Assembly (NCBI GenBank): GCA_964396535.1
Contig: CAYNFT010000002.1
Location: 1-51,458 of the forward strand
Length of the DNA: 51,458 nt
From: an uncultured Dehalococcoidales bacterium
Lineage (GTDB): Bacteria > Chloroflexota > Dehalococcoidia > Dehalococcoidales > UBA2162
Direction of reading: 5' to 3'
The translations under genes and the position numbers were made by a program. The notes under the pieces were generated by a model that saw only the letters and a program-made list of their open reading frames with translations, made no database searches and was not told the origin of the DNA. Shown piece by piece: positions 45,875-51,458 of this stretch. The number at the start of each line of letters is the position of its first letter. Position 1 is the first letter of the stretch.

Positions 45875-47464
45875 CTAATGATAGTCGAGTTTACATTCGG
45901 TAGTGGCGCGTGGGTCAAACTCTAGGCCAAGTGCATCATGAAAAACTGTTTTAGCCGCTTTGTTGACCGCTTTGCGATACTCAAGGTCAGGTACATAGAA
46001 GACATGCCCCTTCAACTTGTTTGCCTCATAGGTATCAAGCCATTTTCCATACGGAAAGAATTCTCTAAGAGGAACAAGCCATTCCGTGCCTATGTCTATC
46101 CAGCAGGGTTCTACATCTTTGTCAATATTCGGTGGCTTAGGTAAGTCAACCCAGAGGTCGTGAAAAGAGGTACGATATTTTTTCGGCAGTTCATCCCAGA
46201 TAAATTGTCGCAGCTCATTTGTTTGCTCCTGTCTTGCACGCTTTGGATATTCAGCGCTCAGCGTGAACAGGTCATGCAGCCTTAGTTCAGGGTCTTCTAC
46301 AGTGTAATTGGCTGTTAGGACTAAGCACCGCTTCAGCAGGTCCCTATTGAGTAACCTTTTGAATAGGGGAGCCAACTCACTGTCAGAGAGACCAAGTGAG
46401 AAAAAGTCGAACTCGTTTATCTTCAAGAAGTCGGGGATTCTGTCAAATCGAAGCCGTTTGTCTCTTCCTTTCTTATCAGGGTTAGTCCAAATGACTTCCA
46501 ATATCGCCTTGACCATGCATTCCAGTGCCCGAACTTTGTGATGATGGTAGATAGCCGGGAACAGTAGTATTTTATTGAGGACTATCTGCTCCAAGTTACT
46601 GGCGCCTGAGCTCTTCATAATAAGATTTCGGTTAGGGAAAACCTTCGGTTCTTGTACAAACCGCTTTTCTTGTTCAATCCGCCTTTGAAAACCCTTAAAC
46701 TTTTTGGGGTCCAGAATCACAGATGAAATAATCACCCTATCCACATCGGCATCAGCCCTGATACCAGTAAAGCGGCAGTCTCGGATTAAGTAATCTAGCT
46801 TGTCTGCGTCGAAGGGTCCGCTAATAATATCGCCCAGGTAGGCAAACTGTCTTAGCTCTCTCGGCTTGCCAATCACAAGACGGGTAACCATCTCTATGCT
46901 CACCTTTTTGTTGTAATAGTTTAAGACATCCTGTAGCAGTCTTTGGAAACGAGGGCTGTCGATAATCAAGTAGGACAGGATTTCACCTGGCTCACGGTCG
47001 TGGAAAAGGTCAATTTCCTTTATACTTTCAAAAGTGTCCTGGAATTTGACCGCTATTAAGTTTTCAGAGAGGTGGGAAAGAAATGAATGCCCCACGTCAT
47101 GCAGTAGGGCGGCAAGGCGTAGCTCTTCTATCTGTGGCTGCTCTTCGCCTAAAGAATGACCTATGTCATCTGCTATTTTAGCTACGCCGAGGCTATGGTC
47201 AAACCTTGTATGGTTCGCTGTTGGGTAGACCAAGTAGGCGAGGGCTGTTTGGTGTATATACCTGAGGCGTTGCACAATGGGCGAATCAAGCAAGAGGTAT
47301 TCGTGAGGTTTCAGTACCTGGTAACCTGAGACAGCTTCTCTGATTACTTTTTCATCATCGGGGGAGGGGTATCTATTTGGATAGTCAGCAGGTATTATAT
47401 CCTCTACCCACTCATTAATTTCCTCTGCCAAGGCATGTAGAGCAGTTTCACCTTCAGTAGGCAC
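45875..47464 (-). CDS. SAMHD1-like HD-domain phosphohydrolase (predicted dNTP triphosphohydrolase-like) with long uncharacterised C-terminal half
   Basis: 529 aa with VQRLRYIHQT...NHTRFDHSLGV, AALLHDVGHSFLSH, FDADKLDYLIRDCRFTG and IYHHHKVRALE. These are the SAMHD1/EF1143-type motifs. The GTG start lies 3 nt after the stop of the 140-aa gene. Confidence 0.75.
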   Translation of the reverse strand: MPTEGETALHALAEEINEWVEDIIPADYPNRYPSPDDEKVIREAVSGYQVLKPHEYLLLDSPIVQRLRYIHQTALAYLVYPTANHTRFDHSLGVAKIADDIGHSLGEEQPQIEELRLAALLHDVGHSFLSHLSENLIAVKFQDTFESIKEIDLFHDREPGEILSYLIIDSPRFQRLLQDVLNYYNKKVSIEMVTRLVIGKPRELRQFAYLGDIISGPFDADKLDYLIRDCRFTGIRADADVDRVIISSVILDPKKFKGFQRRIEQEKRFVQEPKVFPNRNLIMKSSGASNLEQIVLNKILLFPAIYHHHKVRALECMVKAILEVIWTNPDKKGRDKRLRFDRIPDFLKINEFDFFSLGLSDSELAPLFKRLLNRDLLKRCLVLTANYTVEDPELRLHDLFTLSAEYPKRARQEQTNELRQFIWDELPKKYRTSFHDLWVDLPKPPNIDKDVEPCWIDIGTEWLVPLREFFPYGKWLDTYEANKLKGHVFYVPDLEYRKAVNKAAKTVFHDALGLEFDPRATTECKLDYH

Positions 47465-47467
47465 CTG

Positions 47468-47890
47468 TCACGCTACCTTAAGTCTATCTTTTAAGAGCTG
47501 GCTAATATCTTGCAGTTCTTTTTGGTACGGGCCGAGTCTTTCTGCCTCTCGTTTCTTAATCAGGTCTCTATTCTCTTTGCTCATGTTTATGGTCGGATAG
47601 TCCGGGTTTGGCAAACTGACTTCCCTTGAATTGGCCAGCAACTTTATTAGCTGGTCTACCTGCTCACTTTGAGGTGGCATGGGCTCTCGGAAGGTAAAAT
47701 ATATCCACTTCAGTTGAGGAACGCGGTCTCGGTATTTTTGGCAGATTTCATATATCACTCGATGCCATTTATCGGGGTTGCTGTCAAATTTATCTTCTTC
47801 AGTAAGGGCTAGTGCATAGGTCAGAGCATTCTCGTAGGTAGAGAAGGAGGACCTAAACTTCTCGTATTTTTGCAGCTTTTTCTTATCCAT
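47468..47890 (-). CDS. hypothetical 140-aa protein, translationally coupled to the HD gene
   Basis: GGAGGT RBS. The predicted protein is helical and charged (MDKKKLQKYEKFRSSFSTYENALTYALALTEEDKF...). I recognise no family. Confidence 0.6.
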   Translation of the reverse strand: MDKKKLQKYEKFRSSFSTYENALTYALALTEEDKFDSNPDKWHRVIYEICQKYRDRVPQLKWIYFTFREPMPPQSEQVDQLIKLLANSREVSLPNPDYPTINMSKENRDLIKKREAERLGPYQKELQDISQLLKDRLKVA

Positions 47891-47966
47891 AATTAACCTC
47901 CGGTGGGGGCTTATATTTTAATACTTATTCTTCTCATCTGCAACAAGGAATTGTCTTATTAGTTAA

Positions 47967-48009
47967 ATTGTATCATTAAATTGACATATTGTCAATTTAA
48001 TCTTATTAT
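47967..48009. promoter_or_regulatory. back-to-back divergent promoters sharing the palindrome
   Basis: Plus strand: TTGACA 47981-47986, 17 nt, TATTAT 48004-48009. ATG 48019 has no SD, so the transcript is near-leaderless. Minus strand: TTGACA (complement of 47990-47995), 17 nt, TACAAT (complement of 47967-47972), driving the 140-aa/HD operon. Confidence 0.6.
47976..48000. promoter_or_regulatory. 25-bp perfect palindromic operator
   Basis: TTAAATTGACA-tat-TGTCAATTTAA. Extra half-site-like copies lie at TTAAATTG 47963-47970 and TTGTCAA 48009-48015. Confidence 0.7.
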
Positions 48010-48018
48010 TGTCAAGCC

Positions 48019-48345
48019 ATGTCAAAGCGGAAGGGCTCTTCAAGGAAAGACCGACCCAGTGAGATTGGGAAATACCTGACTACCATAAGGGTGAGTCAGG
48101 GGAAAACTCAGCAAGAAATTGCCGATAGAATCGGAAGGGATAAAAGTTGTATCTGCAGAATAGAAAGGGGTCAAAGGGTGCGCCAGTGCCTTCGTGGTCT
48201 CAAACTGTATCAGCTAGCCAAAGCATATGGTGCTCCCATTGATGAAGTTCTGAAAAAGGCAAACTGGCCACAGCTTCTTCTACTGGATACCAGTGAGGAA
48301 GAGAGACAAGAACTAATACGTTTCCTTAAAGAAAGTTTACAGTAA
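48019..48345 (+). CDS. XRE-family helix-turn-helix transcriptional regulator
   Basis: 108 aa with the Cro/C1-type HTH pattern GKYLTTIRVSQGKTQQEIADRIGRDKSCICRIERGQR. Confidence 0.8.
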   Translation: MSKRKGSSRKDRPSEIGKYLTTIRVSQGKTQQEIADRIGRDKSCICRIERGQRVRQCLRGLKLYQLAKAYGAPIDEVLKKANWPQLLLLDTSEEERQELIRFLKESLQ

Positions 48346-48382
48346 AATTGTAGTTAAGGCACACAGATTAAGGGATCTTGAG

Positions 48383-50212
48383 CTACTGGTGCTTTTGCTG
48401 GCAGGCTGGCTGCCAGCGTTCCAGTCCGCAGGCGTTACAGGCTTCAGTACGGCAGTCAGGGGTTTCTCTACCCACCAGTGAACGCCGGTATTCTCGCTTC
48501 AAGAAGTCACTGGTTACGCCAGTATCAATATGAGCCCAGGGGAGCAGCTCGTCCAGGGAGCGCTGCCGCCGGGCGTAGAAGTCGGGCTCAATGCCAGCCT
48601 CTTCAAAGGCGTGTAACCAGTTTTCGTAGTTAAAGTGTTCGTCCCAGGAATCAAAGGTGCAGCCCAGCTTCCAGGCACGATGGATGACCTGACCCAGTCG
48701 CCTATCTCCTCGTGATAGTGCTGCCTCAAGCAGGCTGGCTTTAGGGTCTGCCCAGGACAACTTGACTCCCTTTCGGCGCAACCCCTGCTTAAGAAGTTCA
48801 TGTTTAGCGCTTAGCCCCTGTTCACTTTCCTGGGCTACCCATTGAAAAGGAGTGTGCGGCTTGGGCACAAAGGTAGACAGGTTGACCCTTATCTGGGGTG
48901 TCCTGCCCTTAGTCATTCTGCCGACTGAACGAACCCTGTTTACCAGATTGACAATATCCTCTATATCACTCATAGTTTCCCCGGGCAAGCCGAGCATAAA
49001 ATATAGCTTAAGGCCTGTCCAGCCCCTATTAAATGCGGCGGTTGCCGTTTTCATGAGTTCCTCTTCAGAGATATTCTTATTGATGGTTCGCCGCAGTCTC
49101 TCGCTTCCCGCCTCAGGGGCGAAGGTTAGCCCTGTCCTCTTACGGGAGGATAGAGAGTCCATCAACTCCACCGAGAAGCTATCAATGTACAGGCTGGGTA
49201 GCGACAGGGCAAGATTAGGGTAGCCGCGGGACAGGCTGGCTAATAGTTCATCAATATTGGGGTAGTCAGTGGTGCTCAGCGAAACCAGCGAGACCTCGCT
49301 GTAGCCGCAGTTGGCAATAAGCTCCCCTATCGCCTGTAGCACCTCCTGCTGGGAGCGCTCACGTACCGGGCGATAGATAATCCCTGCCTGGCAAAAACGG
49401 CAGCCGTGACTGCAACCCCGCTGAATCTCTACTGCTCCGCGGTCGTGAATCACTTCAATGTAGGGAACTACCGGTTTGGTGACCGGGGGAGGCAGCTTGC
49501 TCACTATCCGCCGCTGAATGGTGGGATTGGCTTCAGGCACGGTAGGTGTAATACTTTTAACCAGTCCATCAGGCTGGTAGTCCACCTGATACAGGCTGGG
49601 TACATAGATGCCAGGGATGGTTGCCACCTGGCGAAGTAGTTGTTCTTTAGGGGCTACCCTGCCCTGCCCTTTCCAGTTTCGGAAGCTGTCAAGCAGTTCA
49701 AGCAGTACCTCTTCACCATCCCCGATGACAAAGAAGTCAATAAAGTCAGCCATGGGTTCCGGATTGAGGGCACAGCCACCACCAGCTATTACGAGCGGGT
49801 GGGAATCGTTTCTGTCCGAGGCTAGAACCGGAATTTGAGCCAGGTCAAGCATATTTAAGACATTGGTATAGGTGAGTTCGTAGCCCAGGGAAAAGCCAAT
49901 AATATCAAATTCCTTTAGCGGGCGTCTGGATTCAAGGCTGAAGAGGGGGATACCCTCTGCCCGCATTAGCGCCTCCATATCCGGCCAGGGCGAAAAAGCC
50001 CTTTCGGCAAGGACATCCGGCTGGTTATTGAGCAGCTCGTAGAGGATGGAAAGAGCCATATTGGACATGCCTATTTCATATAAATCAGGGTAGCTGATGG
50101 AAACCCGGAGGGGCGTTTTATCCCAGTCCTTGACTATGCTATTCCACTCCCCGCCGGTATAGCGCGCCGGTCTTTTAACCTGATGCAGTATCTTATCGAG
50201 ATTGGGTAACAA
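48383..50212 (-). CDS. B12-binding-domain radical SAM protein (TIGR03960-like)
   Basis: VKRPARYTGGEWNS and the CxxxCxxC motif in GCSHGCRFCQAG. The start is set at TTG 50212 (AGGGGG cata TTG); the tracked ATG 50299 would overlap the upstream gene by 41 nt. Confidence 0.8.
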   Translation of the reverse strand: MLPNLDKILHQVKRPARYTGGEWNSIVKDWDKTPLRVSISYPDLYEIGMSNMALSILYELLNNQPDVLAERAFSPWPDMEALMRAEGIPLFSLESRRPLKEFDIIGFSLGYELTYTNVLNMLDLAQIPVLASDRNDSHPLVIAGGGCALNPEPMADFIDFFVIGDGEEVLLELLDSFRNWKGQGRVAPKEQLLRQVATIPGIYVPSLYQVDYQPDGLVKSITPTVPEANPTIQRRIVSKLPPPVTKPVVPYIEVIHDRGAVEIQRGCSHGCRFCQAGIIYRPVRERSQQEVLQAIGELIANCGYSEVSLVSLSTTDYPNIDELLASLSRGYPNLALSLPSLYIDSFSVELMDSLSSRKRTGLTFAPEAGSERLRRTINKNISEEELMKTATAAFNRGWTGLKLYFMLGLPGETMSDIEDIVNLVNRVRSVGRMTKGRTPQIRVNLSTFVPKPHTPFQWVAQESEQGLSAKHELLKQGLRRKGVKLSWADPKASLLEAALSRGDRRLGQVIHRAWKLGCTFDSWDEHFNYENWLHAFEEAGIEPDFYARRQRSLDELLPWAHIDTGVTSDFLKREYRRSLVGRETPDCRTEACNACGLERWQPACQQKHQ

Positions 50213-50258
50213 TATGCCCCCTGTGCCATTATACTTGAATCTGGGGGAACAAGACACC

Positions 50259-51203
50259 CTACTGTTGCGTTGAGAGTAATGGTTCGGAAAGTAAATCACC
50301 TACGAATAACTCCAGATTAGCAGTGATTCTAACAATTTCTTCACGTGTCGGCTGGGGAACATAGCCATGAACCAATTTGCTCCTCAATTTATAGCATGTG
50401 GTGAAGAACTCGTATGGTTTCTGTCCACCGTATTTACGATTGGCAAGACGCTTCGCAAGTTTTCGGCCTGCTTGTCCAATCGATTCTTTGTCTAGTGATT
50501 GAAGTGAACCGATGAGCGAATCCTTCTCCTTAGATGAAAGTACGGAAGACGCTTTAGTGAGATGAATTAATTCTTTAAGATGCTCCAGAACTATTTCTGA
50601 CCGTGAAGCTGGCTCTAAGAGTGTTTCCACGGCCATCATGAGCATTACGAAATGAGCATCGATTGACTTTTGAAAAAAAGATGTGCCAAAAAGGTCGAAA
50701 GCAAGGCGCTGTTGGTCAGATAAACTAGGATTATGATCAAGTGCAAGCCCTACCGCTTGAATAAATCGCTCTTTATTCTTAATTACGCTAGGTTTTGCTT
50801 GAACGGAAACAAATTTTATGGGTGGTTCGTTCTCAAATATCATCAACCCATGGACGTCATTAAGAATATGTACTCCCGTTCGCTTTCCAAGCATTTCTAA
50901 ACCAGCAGTTGTAATAGCACTCCGAGGTGCACGTTCTCCAAAGTCAGCTCCAATGTGGAGCCGCGCAAAAGCTAAAATCAAAACATCTTTACAGTGAAGT
51001 CCTGCATTCCAAGCCTCTTCTGGTGATGCATAATTATCACCACGAAGAATTAGTTCATGGGCTTTTTCAATTGGAGTATCTACTTGATTTGACTTAAGAG
51101 CAATATCGGATCCCATATATTTCCCAATTGTTAACTCAGACGAGGTAATCCCGATGGAATACTCATCCGGAAGGTGGAATCGAATTCTAAAACTGAAGGA
51201 CAT
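50259..51203 (-). CDS. hypothetical protein with C-terminal HEPN-like domain (Rx4H motif)
   Basis: 314 aa and AT-rich. The C-terminal helical domain contains CYKLRSKLVHGY (R-x4-H). It is preceded by helices (RLAFDLFGTSFF...AHFVMLMMAVETLLE) and followed by ITANLELFVGDLL. Confidence 0.6.
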   Translation of the reverse strand: MSFSFRIRFHLPDEYSIGITSSELTIGKYMGSDIALKSNQVDTPIEKAHELILRGDNYASPEEAWNAGLHCKDVLILAFARLHIGADFGERAPRSAITTAGLEMLGKRTGVHILNDVHGLMIFENEPPIKFVSVQAKPSVIKNKERFIQAVGLALDHNPSLSDQQRLAFDLFGTSFFQKSIDAHFVMLMMAVETLLEPASRSEIVLEHLKELIHLTKASSVLSSKEKDSLIGSLQSLDKESIGQAGRKLAKRLANRKYGGQKPYEFFTTCYKLRSKLVHGYVPQPTREEIVRITANLELFVGDLLSEPLLSTQQ

Positions 51204-51226
51204 AAAAAATTACCTTCAATTTAAAA

Positions 51227-51458
51227 TTAATCCTGGGTATTATCCAGCGTTGCCAGGTCAAACTTCATGCCGTCGCGGGCGGCGATTACCTTGACCCCGG
51301 TTTTTTCGGTCAGCTTCTCGGCTATCTGCCAGGGTTTTGCCCGCCATATGCTCATCCCAAAATGGGTCAGGATAGCTACCTTTGGTTTTAGTTCTCCAAT
51401 AATTTGCTCGGCATCAGGCACTGCCAGGTGGTCGGTTGGCGTCAGCGGGTTGTCATTG
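51227..51458 (-). CDS. MBL-fold metallo-hydrolase, C-terminal part (ORF continues past the right edge)
   Basis: The frame stays open upstream of the tracked GTG to the window end (NDNPLTPTDHLAVPDAEQIIGELKPKVAILTHFG...). LTHF is typical of the last metal-binding motif of MBL-fold proteins. Confidence 0.6.
   Translation of the reverse strand, partial: NDNPLTPTDHLAVPDAEQIIGELKPKVAILTHFGMSIWRAKPWQIAEKLTEKTGVKVIAARDGMKFDLATLDNTQD

Noticed and set aside
48383-50299. A 41-nt overlap between the radical SAM ORF and the HEPN-like gene, as evidence that the two are functionally coupled.
   Set aside because: The overlap disappears when the radical SAM start is placed at TTG 50212, which has an AGGGGG RBS and gives the usual family N-terminus (..LDKILHQVKRPARYTGGEWN). 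The composition of the two genes also differs.

Overview
This 51.5 kb window is mostly core chromosome from a bacterium whose gene content looks Chloroflexota/Dehalococcoidia-like (an inference, not a search result). On the minus strand, 609-15358 is one long housekeeping string: rubrerythrin, ispE, rsmA, a HerA-like ATPase, GNAT, a NurA-like nuclease, sufC/sufBD, CDF, secDF and cca. An 11-gene nuoABCDHIJKLMN operon follows on the plus strand (16062-26444), with no nuoEFG in the window. After it come ybjQ-like, a lipoprotein, nadD, obg, dnaA, fmt and mazG. Further right are an apgM-like gene, aspartate kinase, a TPR protein and gyrA, then a TIGR03960-like radical SAM gene and a partial MBL-fold gene. 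There are three accessory patches. (1) 34.0-39.7 kb holds a RelE/ParE toxin pair, a frameshifted gene, alcohol-dehydrogenase remnants around a catalase bracketed by 20-nt direct repeats, and an intact tRNA-Pro(CGG). All of this lies between the two halves of a second tRNA-Pro(CGG) gene broken at nt 43/44, whose 5' half is tandemly duplicated. (2) 45.9-48.3 kb is an AT-richer three-gene module. An XRE-type HTH gene diverges from a translationally coupled 140-aa unknown gene plus a SAMHD1-like HD (dNTPase-like) gene. One 25-bp perfect palindrome forms the -35 boxes of both promoters. This is my best candidate for an undescribed conflict or defence module. (3) 50.26-51.2 kb is an orphan AT-rich protein with a C-terminal Rx4H HEPN-like motif. 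A modular palindromic intergenic repeat family (polypurine/polypyrimidine hairpin M1 plus GC hairpin M2) occurs at least 9 times and falsely extends several tracked ORFs. No rRNA, CRISPR array, transposase or integrase was recognised. All function calls come from motif recognition in the translations. No database search or computation was run.
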